A stretch of 55,228 nucleotides of DNA, filler included, from Circinaria calcarea (lineage: Eukaryota), in NCBI GenBank assembly GCA_051942165.1. It is 3 parts of 3 records of this genome, joined end to end, with 100 filler letters (N's around TTAATTAATTAA, not from the genome) between each part and the next. Parts side by side here need not be neighbours in the genome. Positions count along the whole stretch, not along the records: positions 18,457 to 36,796 come from JAVECS010000237.1; 2 more parts are not named here. The stretch is one strand, 5' to 3'. The notes beneath the pieces are model-generated. The model was given only the letters and a program-made list of their open reading frames with translations, was not told the origin of the DNA and did no database searches. The translations under genes were made by a program, and so were the position numbers. Shown in pieces: positions 21,212 through 36,896 of the stretch; position 1 is the stretch's first letter; every line of letters starts with the position of its first letter.

Positions 21212-22417
21212 CTTGATAGATGGATCTGAGATTTCGGGCCGTAGGCGCTGGAAAGATCGGAGTTGTTTAAATGAACGGATATGTAGAATCAACTACCGGT
21301 CGAAACAGTGCTCTTGAATGATTCTGTATTGTGTACCTGCCGGACGGTCAGAGGTTTGGGAGAGCGACAAGCAGCTTTGAAGGAGTGCAAAGAGATGCTA
21401 GATCTCAAAGGAATGAACGAAATATGATCCTGTAAAGGCAAAATGAATGTGGTCAACAAATAGTTGGGATTTCAAACTCGAATGAGAAGGAAAGCAAAAG
21501 ATCAGGGGAGGCCGCTGGGTTTTGTGGACAACACCTACCAGTACGCCGCAGGAATTAAGGCCAGACAGAAGTCGTCAGCAATCCGCTAAGAATTCAGGCA
21601 CGCCAATCGGTGACAAAGGAACGGCACATCAGCCATGCCGCTACCGAGCGTCAAGCCAGGGGTCGTGCCGTAGTGTCTCCGGCCTGATTCGTCGTCTGAA
21701 GTGAGAGGCATTTTTGGATGGTGTTGTGGTCTTACGAGCACACCACCCTTGATTATTCAAAGTCGGGAAAACGAGATGAGCTTCCTTCATCGCGGCCGTT
21801 GGAATTTTATTTTCTTAAAACATCAACCACGGTAGTACTCCGTACTAACGGCGGAACCAAAGCTATTCAACTTCGGTAGCTATCGGGATCGAATCTGGAT
21901 CTTTGGAGAAGAACCAGTGGGTTACCCGTGTGTGCTCGCTCATGGATTGGGTAGCCGTTGGCTACGCCGAGACTCTGTGCCGCTAAGGTAGTCTGTCTCA
22001 GGCGCTCTGCCCCTGGGCTTATTCTATTTGCATCATGACTTTCACGACTCCCACCGGAGCCCCCTACCAAGTATATCTTATTTACTTCAGGCTTTCCAGT
22101 CCACCAAATAACTTCGAACAAAATTGAATAGGTTTCATCTACATAAAGATTTGCTTCTCCCACGCAACGGCTATCGAGAGTCTCGGACCAAACGTCGTTG
22201 AATAACGATTGTTAAGGGGACGGACCAATCTAGTATGCATGTTTACTCATGTGCCGGGTTGGCTTTCACCAACTCAGTGTGAGAGGGAGCGCGCGAGATT
22301 GTAGGCGATGATACAACGTTAAAGCACCACTGCCAGATCATAACCAGTTATATGCGTCCCCCGCGATCAATAACTCGCTCGGTTTACAAGGTCATCTGTA
22401 GTTCTAAGCCCGTTGGC

Positions 22418-25121
22418 TCATCGATTAAGGCTGAGCAAACCTTCAATGTATCGCCTCGTATCAATCCCAATGCCTTCTGCCAGTTTGCCAGGACCCCATC
22501 CACTCGACCCGCTCGGATCTCTTCCAAACCTCGCACTTGCCTTCCTTACCGCTGGAGCGGTGTAGTCGCTCGCTTTGCGAATGAGGAACGCTTCTCGATA
22601 GAAGTCTGCATTTTTGTGTTGCTCCCCGGGTAGCTGAGCCCAACGCCCATGAGGTAAGCGCATCCACACCACCCACCAACCACGATTAGTCTTGCACGTT
22701 CTCTCGAGTTCGGACGTTCGCCGACGCGTGGACATATATGTATTCAAAATCTGAGAATGTACATTGAGGGCCTCAATCCGCGTCCAAGGGACTTCTGTGG
22801 GTGCCAAGCCTTCGGCGACAGCGGGTTCGGGTATACTAGGTATCGTAGTATGCACGGTCAGATTTGTCGGATCGTACACCAAGTCATATATTGGTTGCGA
22901 GTTGTCGACAGCTGTGGTGCTGGTAGGCGCGCCAGCGTCACGAAGACGCTCAGTGAGTTTTGTTGGTGAGGTTGATGTCAACAATGGACGTTGCAATGGT
23001 CCTAGTTGATAATGAAGGGATCGGTAGAACGAAGACATTGATAGAGAATCTGTTTGCGGTTCGAATAGGAAGGTGAAAATAAATGGCTGATGCTATGTTC
23101 AATCAACACTGGTGGTCTATTACGCAGGGATCTCGACCTACTACATAGACAATGACACGCAACCGATCAAAGAAGTCCCTTCCCGATATCTTATTGGCTG
23201 GAAGATTGCCGTATTAGCAAGAAGCAATTTAAGAGAAGCACTGTCGATACTGACTATCTGTGGAGTTGTTGCTAGACTCTTCATTCTTGGGTCTAACTCT
23301 CTCAACGTGTAATGTCCTGAGCAGCGTCCTGTCGTTCCACCCTTTACTTTCAAGATTGTCTTCTCGGCCTGTACCAGTTTCTGTACCATTACCTTCGTCT
23401 TCTGTGATGTCCTCGTTTTCGAGATCCCCTCGAAGGCCAATCATGAAATAACCTTTACTTGGGTCCTGATTTGTGGCGGTCTTCTGATTATCACCAACTG
23501 GTACAGCTTCCGGCTGCACTTGTCGAACAGGCTTTTGATATACTGGCTCCGAATTATTATCAATCCGGTTATCCGTCTTATTTATTTCCGAGCCACGACG
23601 CTGCGTTTGAGGTCTATATGGTGCAATTCCCCAACTCGAGCCGTAAATTCCTAGGGTCAAGTACTTCATGAGAGTCTCTGTGCCTGATGTCGGAGACTCA
23701 TCCTTGGCCGGCGGTGTGTTTCCAAATGTCTTGTCGCCTTTGACGTTTCTCTGTGCCCGCTCTGTAACCGCTGTTGCATTCTCAAGCGAACGGCTCACGG
23801 CCCTGACGATGGGTGGGGGGATACTCGTTGATTGATCTGTCGAAGGTATTGCAGGAGACCTAGAAATTGATTCTTTGGATGTTGGCGCTTGCACAGACCT
23901 ACTTTGTGGTTGAGAATCAGGTTGCGATTTACTGGCTGCTGAGGCAGATCTTACTCCTACCACGTCCACCTTCCTCCTTTTTCTTCGACGGGTGGAATGC
24001 GGACTATCCTCAACACCATATGCATTCTGACCATACCTGTATAACCACTCCATCCAAGCAGAGACGGTCCTGATTGATGGTCGTGTAACTGTCCCAATCC
24101 CGGAGAATATAACTCCATCCGATGCTCTCTGTGCTTGGCCGTCACCTAACCATGAACTCTCCTTACTTGCAGATATAGGTCCAGATGGGTGTGCTAAGGT
24201 AGCCGAGTCGGCCTCGCTACGATGTGGGGCATCACCAAATCTCGAGACGATCAAGTCGACGAGGCCCTCAGTCCTGTCAATGAATCCTTCTAGCACCTCA
24301 CGCTCACCACTCCCCCAGTCTTCTTCGCCGACTCCTATCCCGAGTTCCCCGCCCGCAGCTAGCTTGAGGCCATTATATATGTCGACCGCCGGATTCCCAT
24401 GCAGCAGTACGTCCCAATCCCGGATGAATCTGTCCCAAAAAAGTTCGAGAGTGCCACAAAACTTTGGTCGCGTTATTTTTGAGTAGAGCTCACCAAAGGA
24501 TGGCGCATGGTGGAGGCAGAATATAGAGTAAGCCCGAAGAAGATGTTGTAGCAGTAGGCCTTGTGGACAAACTTCCCGCGCAGAATACTCAATGTTAGGC
24601 TGAGCAGTTCCTGTAGTACGATTCGCGGTGTCATCAGGGAAGCTTTGGAGGCGAGTCAGATCGATGGACTAGTCGAAGAATCAGAGCAGAAGAGAAGCGA
24701 AGAACAGCAGGCGTACAGCTAGTATCCACCATCCGGGCTCTAGCTCATGAAGCAGAATCCGCGATTTCTCAGAATCGACGGCATCGAGTGCTTCACCATC
24801 AGCGAAAGCCCTACCCGTCCAGCTCAGTCTTCATGTCCTCTTGGTCACCCATTGTATATCTTGATAGACTAACTTGGCGAATTCAACCATGCCCTGCGCG
24901 AGCCCAATCTGCCGCAGTCTCTCATTCTGTTCTTCATGCTTGATATCAGCTAAGGCCTCGCCGGGCTTGCGTCTTCGATCTTTGTTCGCTTTGCAAGTGT
25001 AATAATATACAACTTGATCTTGAAGGTTCTCATCGCTTTTGCCCAGAGAAGGATTGTAGATTGCTAAGAATGACACTTGAGCAGGCACCACGGTATGAAC
25101 ACGGCCAATGGTGTTGGACAT
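22418..25121 (-). CDS. CCZ1: Vacuolar fusion protein Ccz1 (Mon1-Ccz1 GEF subunit)
   Basis: VVPAQVSFLAIYNPSL, ERLRQIGLAQGMVEF, ELEPGWWILASIDLT, WDVLLHGNPAVDIY, ELERTCKTNRGWWVVWMRL, GIGIDTRRYIEGLLSLNR; four GT-AG introns. Confidence 0.88.
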
Positions 25122-25587
25122 TGGATTGTTTACGATACTGCGACTCAATGGTGGGGCGATAGATTCTCGAAGAGCAAGCTACCTGCTCGCTGACGTATAA
25201 TTACCTTGATTTGTACTGTCGCGTTTTACATACGGAGTAACTAAGGCCGAGGGACAAAATGAGGGAAAGCTTTAAAATGATCGCCGCTGCTAAAAACCGC
25301 CCTAGTCCCATTGCGCCCGGGGCGGTAGTTTGAAGCTCGAGGCTCTCTAGTTTTCCTTCACAAAAGGGATTGAATATACATAGTACTTCAATCAATCGAC
25401 CAGATCACAACACAGTGACTGCGCCGTGTCTGAAGCTCTATATCTTCAAATCCAGACATCAATCATTTTCCCAAGTCCTTCGTTACTCGCGCTCTGTTGG
25501 CCCTAACCTTCAGCAGCGCTACAGTTTTACCTTGACAGTCGCGTGCGTTGAGACGTGATCAAGGAGCAGATCTGTGCGTACGTGGTC

Positions 25588-26499
25588 ATGTCAGACAGAG
25601 ATGTCAAGGTAGAAGATGATCCTAGGGATATTCACGATGAGGGTGGAGATGATGAAGTAAGAGCTGGGTCCTTCCAAGATGCCCCGACATTCGAGCCTTC
25701 AACTCGCTTTGTACGAAATGTCGTGCTTAAGAGCTTGGAGACTTGTCATCTAAAACAATACTGATGACATGTCCATAGGAAGAGATATCTGCAATGAAGA
25801 GAAGGGTGGCCGAGATGGAAGCTGAAGCTGCCAAATTGAGAGAAATGCAAGCTTCTCTGGACCAGACCACCAGTGAACTAAGAGGGGAAGACAAGGAGGA
25901 TATTGACGCACGAAGTATCTTTGTGGGCAATGTCGATTATGGCGCATCGCCCGAGGAGATTCAGGCACATTTTCAGAGTTGTGGGTCTATCAACCGTGTT
26001 ACAATACTGTTGGATAAATTCACCGGGCATCCAAAAGGGTGGGTCTCCCCACAATAACACTGCCGTGGCTCCTACAACGGTCTACAACATATGCCATCAT
26101 TATGTTTTCAAATCTCGCTGCCTGGCAAGAGACGGACCGCTAATGGAAATATGCAGGTATGCGTACGTGGAATTCACAGAGCCGCACCTTGTCGCTCAGG
26201 CGTTGGTACTCAACGAAAGCTTGTTTCGTGGCAGAAACCTTAAAGTTAGTCCTTCATCTTTGAGTATTGGCATCTTTGCTTACACTGGCTGATCTTTGGC
26301 GTAGGTAGTACCGAAACGTACGAACGTTCCGGGAATGACTCGTGGTGCACGAGGAGGGCGTGGTGCTCCTCGTGGATCACGTGGTGGCTTCGATCGAGGC
26401 GGGTATGGACGCGGTGGGTATGATCGTGGTGGCTATGCTCCTCGTGGTGGTTATAGAGGAGGCTACAGAGGAAGGGGCAGAGGGTATTCACCTTACTAA
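25588..26499 (+). CDS. Nuclear poly(A)-binding protein 2 (PABPN1/Pab2/Sgn1-like): coiled coil, RRM, RGG tail
   Basis: [56 protein letters not shown] repeats, GYSPY*; three introns. Confidence 0.92.
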
Positions 26500-27175
26500 A
26501 CGGGCGTTTACTAGCTCCAATCGATTACCTACCGGCGTTGCACGGCTGTAAGCTGCGTATGCAGCCTTTTTCTCCTCGCGGGTTGGGTGGTAATGCGTCC
26601 GGAGAATGTTGTATGATGGATGGGGAGAGATTGGCGACCAAAAGTCTTGAGGGGATCTTCCTACGGAGAGAATGTACTGTTCTACTTTTTCATCTCCAGG
26701 ATAGGATAGAAGGCCGCTTTGATAGAGCGGACGATATTGCAATTGAGATTTCACACCTCCGATTTTGCTATAACATTAGACTTTGCGTGGTATCAGGAAT
26801 TACCAAAAGCCGGCGTTTCCAGTGCGCCGGGCTGGGAATTTTCCAACTTAGGCAACAACCTAAATTTAGTGGGGTGGTGACCGTAACGTCTCTTTCTGTA
26901 ACCCATACCTTCTATACAACAAAGCTCCCTACGTCCACTGAGATTCATTGTCGGTATGCAGATGCAACAGTCGGGAGGTGATTTGAGATTCGCGCTTTGT
27001 TCCTAGGCCCGCTTTGCACAGCCTCAGTCATTCGTCGACCCTTCTGCACGACATGTCAGACTAGCCATTAACCTCGAACGTCAGAAGCACGAATGATAAT
27101 CGGAGCAAGAGACGGGAATCAGTCGCCACAACATCGTTGATATCCAGCTAACAGTGAAGATATCAACGTGAAAAG

Positions 27176-30150
<2,975 letters not shown>

Positions 30151-31389
30151 AATCTGCTATTCGCTATTCTACTAGTGCTTTTGGGTGGGTGTGGTGCGGC
30201 ATGTTATCTGTACATTTTCTTCTTCTCCTCTAAAACGGAGATCACAGCGGCTGTATGAGGAATTTGTTGTGGTTATCTGTAGGCTTTCATCGGCGTCATG
30301 GCTAAATATAACAGCAATGACTCACACTGTCGCTTCCTGCTTAAACTAGTTCTTTTTCTCTCAATTTCAGGAATATACCTCGTGGTATAAGGTATGAGAT
30401 GATAATTGCCCCTCCATACACGCTCCTACCATCCCGCTTGCTACAGAAACCCCTCGGACCCTTCCTATACACCCCCCTTCGTTCCCCTCCTCACACTAGT
30501 AAAATAAGACATCTGGGTTCTGGGTTCTCGCTCCGGAGTCCCTTTTCGGGTTTTGCTTGGTTTTGTGTGACAGGGGGCCCTTTTGGAGATGTAGATGGAT
30601 GGAGTGATTTGAAATTGGGGGAAACAGATGCCGGTGCCTGGAGGGAAGAAGAAGAAGAGGCCGGGTTGGGGAGTTGGGGAAGGGGTCATCTACAACCGGG
30701 GGGGAGGTCCGAAGACTTGTACATTTATCGTAGAAGAAAGAGGGGATCTTCGTCAAATCCCTTACCTTGCCATTAAGTTGTTGTAATTCTTACCGCTATA
30801 GCTGTTTTTTTGGGTTGGGGGGGAAGGGCTGGGTGGCACTTGATCGATGCAGAAACCTCTCGCTTATCCTCTACTACTCCCGTTCAGATTCATTGATGTG
30901 TTTTTTTCCGGACCCAAGTTGAAGTTGAGATCTTGAATCCCCTAACCTACCCTAGTTGCTCGTGATGGGGGTTTTTCTTTTATTTCTCCTACCCCCTCTC
31001 CCCAAAAAAGCCTCCGGAAGAAACAGCACCCCTTTCTATTTATCGACATGGCTGAAGCGCTCTCTCTCTCTCTCAGCAAGAAGAAAAGGGACCAAATGTG
31101 TTTTCGTACACGAAAAAAAAGCTGGGAGGTGGGAGGGGGTGTTTCCAGATGGGGCTTAGTCATCACAAAAGCCAGAAGTAGTAACAACACAAGAAGTGAG
31201 TGGGAAATAAAAGTGGCCCCCTTCCCAACCCGCTACAAATTTTTTGAACAGCGAGGGTTTCCACCGCTTGCAAAAAACGCCACGCTAAAGCAAGCCCTTT
31301 TTCAAAGAACAGTCTACAAGTCCCTGATGGGGACTGGATATCGTATTAAGGATACTGGAAAATCGCCCTCCGAACGCTCTCTTACCCTT

Positions 31390-33576
31390 CTACTTGTTTT
31401 CCTTCCTTCCCTCGCCTTTCCTTTCCCTTCGGCTCGGACCCGCAAAGCTGACGTGGCGTTCGCGTCGCATCGCAGTGGGTGACCGCAAGGCACTCGATCT
31501 CCTTGCTGGATGAGCCTTTGCTGCCGTAGCTAGCTCGGGATCCACGCTTGCGCCTCCAATCTCCTCGTCCTCTACTTCCACATCAAGATACCCGTCTTCT
31601 TCCTCGTCTCCTACCGCTGAGCTGGGGGCATCAGACTCTGAATGCGGATCCTCGTAGTCACCGTCGTCCGAGACGAGGCTGGGAGCTGGATTGGATTCGA
31701 TGGTATTCGGACTCAAGTTAAGGGTAGGGGATGCTGAGAGGACAATACTGTTTTCCGGTTGATGGTTTCTAACAAGTGAATCTGGATGCTGGCCATCGAG
31801 ATGCGGATCAGATGGAGCAATAGAATCCGCGTACGGTGACGAGTACGAGGGTCGAGGTATGATGGTATTGAGGTAACCTGGTTTGCGAGACCTCCTCTCC
31901 GGGCCTTTGCTGCTTGTGGGGCGCTCCAATGGTGCTGGAGACCTTGTAGCGCGTGCTGGAAGACGACCACCTCGGAGAACGCCTGGCGGGTTCAAGGAAG
32001 TAGCACTCTGAGTCTGCGGCTGGGCGTCCTCCATGATAACATCAACAGCTTCATCGTCGTCTTCATTGTCGCTCACTGCGTCGGAAGGTAATTCTGTCTT
32101 AGTTGTGGCTTCCCGAACCATCTCATCAAGGTTGCCACCTCGACCCAACTTAGCAAACAAAGCAGACAGGTGAGGCGTAGCAGACGAGGGAACCAGCGGT
32201 AACTGGGGATTAGGCTGGAATGACAAGGTACTAGGTTTATTGATCGGTTCGGAGTGGAATGACTGAGCCTGATTAACCATGGAGTGACTTGAGGTATCTA
32301 ATTTGGATTGAGACTGCTTGCGCTTGTTCATTGATGCTGTTAAAGATGACGGCGCAGACTTCGCGTTTAGTGCAGATCTTATCAAGGGGTGCACCAGTCC
32401 AGCACTCGCGATACATCCCCCGTTTGGATCTGTCATCACCGTACCCGATTCGGTATACTCCACTTCTTCGCCACAGGCAAGAGCGGCGGCGTCATGACTT
32501 GCGAACCCTCTACTGTGGGCAATGCGGCAATGATTGATGAAGCCTTGCGCGCTGTTAAAATTTTCTCGTCGGCAATCGAGGCAGACAAGCTTGACCATCT
32601 GACCATCGGTGGAACGCTTTACGATCATGGGTCCCTTTTCCTCCTTTGGCTCTGGATAGCCAGCAGGAAGTGCGTGAAGTCTAGAACCGGCCGAGCCTCT
32701 TTGAGAACGGACCTTAACAGTGGTGCTCTTGTCCGCCTTGGAGCCACGAGTTGCTCGATCCGGTAGTTTCTTCTCTGCTCGACGCTGTGTCTTCGCCTCT
32801 TCGACTTGACCACCATCAAACGTGGGGTCGGGCAACAGCCACGTAGCGTAATGACGGCTATACGGTCCTTCTACAACGCCCCAAGGAGGTGGATGTGGAG
32901 CTTGCTGACAGCCCGTCCTCTGTTCCAGGGCAGGGCCTTCACCTTTACTGATTGCTTGCATAGTTTCGATGCTAGAAGATGATGCTGGAAAAGGGATGAC
33001 ACGACAACGACGGAGTTGCTCCAGAGCTATCTGGCACTTTGCAATTTCTTGGTCGATAAGTCTTAATTCTTTGTGCTTGAGAAGAATTTCGAGACTAAAT
33101 TGCGACTCGATGGCCTGCTGAAGAGGTGTCAATGTCGTTACATCAACGGCAAATGTCTGAGCCTCCACAGCTTCGATCTCGACGTTCAGAGATGCCCTAG
33201 GCGTAACGAAGCCAGTTTGGGCAGCATTTCCCCTTATCGATGTTGGTTCGACGTTCATGGCTTGACTCTTCTCTTCGACTGCATCATTGTGGTTACTTCC
33301 TACACTACCCGTTGGCAATTTAAACTCTGCATTCAAGTAGTCATTTCCTGCTGGCACCTCGACGTGACTCATGCATTCAGACATACTCCTATTTGGCTTG
33401 CGAGTGTCGGATGCTGTGACGGGGTCTTCACTATCCCTTCGCTTCCGCTTCATTTTCTGGATGAGCATGTTCTCCACCGTTGTTGAACTTTGCTGCTTTA
33501 TTGCTGCTGAGAGCTTTGCTTCCTTCGCTGCGACCTTCTCATGCCGTGTGCCCACACCCCAAGGAAGAAGAAACAT
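31390..33576 (-). CDS. ADA HAT complex component Ahc1-like protein with C2H2-type finger
   Basis: IESQFSLEILLKHKELRLIDQEIAKCQIALEQLRRC..IPFP; VKRSTDGQMVKLVCLDCRRENFNSAQGFINHCRIAH; acidic disordered tail. First ATG at 33576; the true start may be upstream. Confidence 0.8.
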   Translation of the reverse strand: MFLLPWGVGTRHEKVAAKEAKLSAAIKQQSSTTVENMLIQKMKRKRRDSEDPVTASDTRKPNRSMSECMSHVEVPAGNDYLNAEFKLPTGSVGSNHNDAVEEKSQAMNVEPTSIRGNAAQTGFVTPRASLNVEIEAVEAQTFAVDVTTLTPLQQAIESQFSLEILLKHKELRLIDQEIAKCQIALEQLRRCRVIPFPASSSSIETMQAISKGEGPALEQRTGCQQAPHPPPWGVVEGPYSRHYATWLLPDPTFDGGQVEEAKTQRRAEKKLPDRATRGSKADKSTTVKVRSQRGSAGSRLHALPAGYPEPKEEKGPMIVKRSTDGQMVKLVCLDCRRENFNSAQGFINHCRIAHSRGFASHDAAALACGEEVEYTESGTVMTDPNGGCIASAGLVHPLIRSALNAKSAPSSLTASMNKRKQSQSKLDTSSHSMVNQAQSFHSEPINKPSTLSFQPNPQLPLVPSSATPHLSALFAKLGRGGNLDEMVREATTKTELPSDAVSDNEDDDEAVDVIMEDAQPQTQSATSLNPPGVLRGGRLPARATRSPAPLERPTSSKGPERRSRKPGYLNTIIPRPSYSSPYADSIAPSDPHLDGQHPDSLVRNHQPENSIVLSASPTLNLSPNTIESNPAPSLVSDDGDYEDPHSESDAPSSAVGDEEEDGYLDVEVEDEEIGGASVDPELATAAKAHPARRSSALRSPTAMRRERHVSFAGPSRRERKGEGRKENK

Positions 33577-35226
33577 TCCATGCGACAAGGTCGGTATTCC
33601 GATCGCTATTGGCCCGACCTCAGCGCAGATACCACGAAGACCTCTAAAGGGCGAGAGAACAACTCTCCTTGAGCGGGTATGTCTGTTGGTGTGTGCGGAG
33701 GTATTTAAACTTAGGGTTTTTTAGAGGATTGAATTTAACGCGCACAGCGCGACAGGTCCAGTTTTCTTCGGCGGCGGTTTGCTTGAGTTACCGCAAATGA
33801 TTGAAAATGATAGGATGTTGTCGTAAAGTCGAACGGGTGTTCCGGCGCAATTTGTGGAAAGGAAGGGACTGTGGAGAATGAGGGTAAAGATTTGGAGAAA
33901 CTTTATTACAAGAGGTGTAGATTATTAATGAGCTCAAGGCGACCGAGTTACGAGGAAAAGTGGGAGAGGCGTGCGAAGGAGAAGGGTGAAATCGAAGTCG
34001 GCGGATTGCGACGTCGTCGTGGTCGGGGAGGAGACAAGGGAGGAGGTCGTGAACGGGGTTGACGTCTACAACCAAGATGAGGAGGAGGTATGTGCACAGG
34101 GGAGTCGGCCGCGTTATCGGAAGGGATAGGCCTCCCAACTTTCCCAGGGTGCGTGCAGGCTAAAAAGGCCACAGGCAGCGTTGCAATGTGAACGCCAGAT
34201 ATCGATTTGGAATGGTGTGGGAAGTGGTTGTTGGAGTGCGCCCGGCCGGTGATTGGTGGGAGATTGCAGGGGGGGGGGGGATTGAGATTGTAACGATGAT
34301 GTCGATCTCTGTGTTGGGAGCGAAGGGATTATATAGGAGCAAACAATATATATACCCCTGATGGACAAATGAGAATGTTCAATCAAGTATCTTGAATTTC
34401 TCCGACTTCTCCGTTGCCATAAGATTCATTTTTTGGTAGATTGTGAAGAAAACGACACATATTCACTCTATAACAAACAGGACAACAGCAAACTTGAGTG
34501 TGTGGGGACTCCAACCATGCCGATATCCGAACGTCTGTGATTGCAAGAATCAAGGAGCACAGATACCAACGGACCATCTAATTACCGAGTGGTGCTGACC
34601 GTTCACTGCAGGTGACGAGAGTAACGTCTTCCTCGTGTTCGGAATATTGACAGGGAACATGAACCGTGACTATCTGCTCCTGAAAGAAATCTACTATCAA
34701 CGCTTAGCGGCGGGCGCCAAAGCTCTAGCGCGGTTGGCTCTGTTGTCATTGCCATTGGCTCAATCGATTGACTGTTTCGAGTATCATGTCACTCTGTCAG
34801 CATCATCTTGTCTTGAACCCCAATATTCTTCATACCCACGGTTCGGGACTTCTCCTGCTCCCTTGACAATTAGAGATCATCCTTCTAAGAGCTGTACCAA
34901 AGTAAAGCACTCGAGCATCCAGGGGGGATCTTACCGAAGGTTGTCGAGGATGGTTTGGGCGAATATGATATCGGCCCTGACTCTGAAAGGAAATATCCGT
35001 CCGTTCACCTGCGGCTGATTATCAAGTCGCTTCTGCACAGATCGAGAAGGATCTATTCACATTTGTCCCTATCTGTTTCACTTGATCGTTTTCACGTTCA
35101 TGAGGAACAGTACGATTATCGTTGCAAGGAAATAGAACTACAGGGATTGTGCTACCCCTGTGTAGTTGGCCGAACATTACACATCTCAACAGATATCTTT
35201 TGCTCCGGGGAGACAGATCAGGCACG

Positions 35227-36105
35227 ATGCTTCATCTCGACGCGCCAGCTACTGGTACTGGAAGCACTCACGGGAACCAGACTCGCCCTCCCCATAAGCG
35301 TGTCAAGATTACCAAAGCATCAGTATCAGATGATTCAGAACCACGTTTTGCACCGTCCCCTGTCTCGGAAGGACCGACCACGTTGAACCACGAGGCTGCT
35401 ACTTCGCAAATGCCAGCCCCTATCCTCCCTCCCGAGCTTTCTCATCTGCAGACCAAGTACGACTTCACCACCATGTCTATCATCTCGTCTTCCAAAATCG
35501 AGCAGAAAGTCCGCAACCTTCTTCTCCGTCTCGAGAAGTTCAGTTTCGCAGACGTCAATGCGAAACCAGGGGTGGTGGTCCTACATGCAAAGGCAAATGT
35601 CGCTGCCAAGATGGTCAGTATCATCGAGATTGCTAAGAAGAACATTAGTCAGGAGGGCGGAAAGTGGTGGCAGTACTCCAGGTTGCATGGCCAGATTGCT
35701 GAGCTGAAAGAAAAGCCCGAGAAAGTCGAACGGGCCGGGAAGACCTTAGTTGAATGGGAGCAAAATCGAGCTTCGTCAGACAGGAATGCTGTTGAAGCAA
35801 ATGCGACTAGTAATGGAGTTCAAGTTGGAGGCCCAATCGTGGGCACCACTGATGAACCAGAGGACCAAGTTGACGATGAAGTTGTATTCGAGACTATGAA
35901 GGAGAAGAAGAAGGGTGGAGACCCCTCGGCGACGGAAGGTTTTCAAGCTAGAAAGAAAATTCGAGCTGTGCCTGTCATGACTATATATATGTCGAGGGTG
36001 CCAATTAAAGAATTCAAGGAGAGATATGGGTGAGTGCTTGCAGAACAGTCCCGCAGGCTATAGGACCCGCTAACAGAGTCCTGCAGTGAACAGACAAGTT
36101 CATAA
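35227..36105 (+). CDS. Alba-like nucleic-acid-binding protein
   Basis: MSIISSSKIEQKV..VVVLHAKANVAAKMVSIIEIAKK..KWWQYS...KIRAVPVMTIYMSRVPI; terminal intron then GEQTSS*. Confidence 0.7.
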
Positions 36106-36444
36106 GTCCAAGGCGCCACAAGCTATCTTCAGTCAGCTTGCTTGAAAAACGATCGTCTCGGGCCATGGATAGCTGAGGGTGTAACGTGTTAGCTTGATGG
36201 GAGAATTGTTTCGTGAGCGCTTTGGTCCTAAGTTACCTAGAGGCATGAGTTGATGATACCCATGTTGCTCGGTACATTTGCTTCACTTGCAGTAAATAAA
36301 TCAAGAGATTTGACCCCAAACCTTTAGAAGTCGTAATCAATGGACAATGCCGCCAATCCCCTTCTGACATATATACAACCAATACCGTGATTTAATTAAC
36401 TTTTCACTCTCTCCAATTCGTCCTTTCCCAGGCGGGGCCCCCCC

Positions 36445-36779
36445 TTAACCCGTCACCCTCAACACAAAATTCACCACCACCGCCGCCAGCAACAGAACCG
36501 CCAACACGGTCGGCCCCAACCGATCATCGAAGCCGCCCTGGCCCCGCAGCCGGATGCTCCTCGCGCGCCAGTGAAACGTCACGAGCGCGTAGACCATGGT
36601 CGCCATGGCTACGGCCGTGAAGAGGCCAGCCGAGATGCGGCCGACAGAATCGCCAAAGTTAAGCAGGCCAACAGCAAGGCCACCGAGGATAACAGTGAAG
36701 TTGAGCCAGGAGAGGAAGGTACGTTCGTTGGCGAAGAAGACTTTGGGCTCGACGCGGGTGGGGAGGGCGATGCGTTTTC
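36445..36779 (-). CDS. VTC1: Vacuolar transporter chaperone Vtc1 (last exon; 5' exon in gap)
   Basis: Minus-strand translation after a TTCAG acceptor: [43 protein letters not shown]...[15 protein letters not shown]...NFVLRVTG*. Not in the ORF track. Confidence 0.93.
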
Positions 36780-36796
36780 CTGAAGTGTAAGGGGGG

Positions 36797-36896
36797 NNNN
36801 NNNNNNNNNNNNNNNNNNNNNNNNNNNNNNNNNNNNNNNNTTAATTAATTAANNNNNNNNNNNNNNNNNNNNNNNNNNNNNNNNNNNNNNNNNNNN
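36797..36896. other. Assembly gap with artificial linker
   Basis: N44-TTAATTAATTAA-N44. The real gap must exceed 100 nt, since it should hold the GLN1 3' end and the VTC1 5' end. Confidence 0.97.

Noticed and set aside
20643..21317. 224-aa plus-strand ORF with poly-Asp
   Set aside because: Antisense shadow of the Ser/Thr/Pro-rich expansin-like gene; poly-D mirrors poly-S.
36571..36790. Two plus-strand ORFs (70 and 64 aa)
   Set aside because: Antisense to the conserved VTC1 exon.
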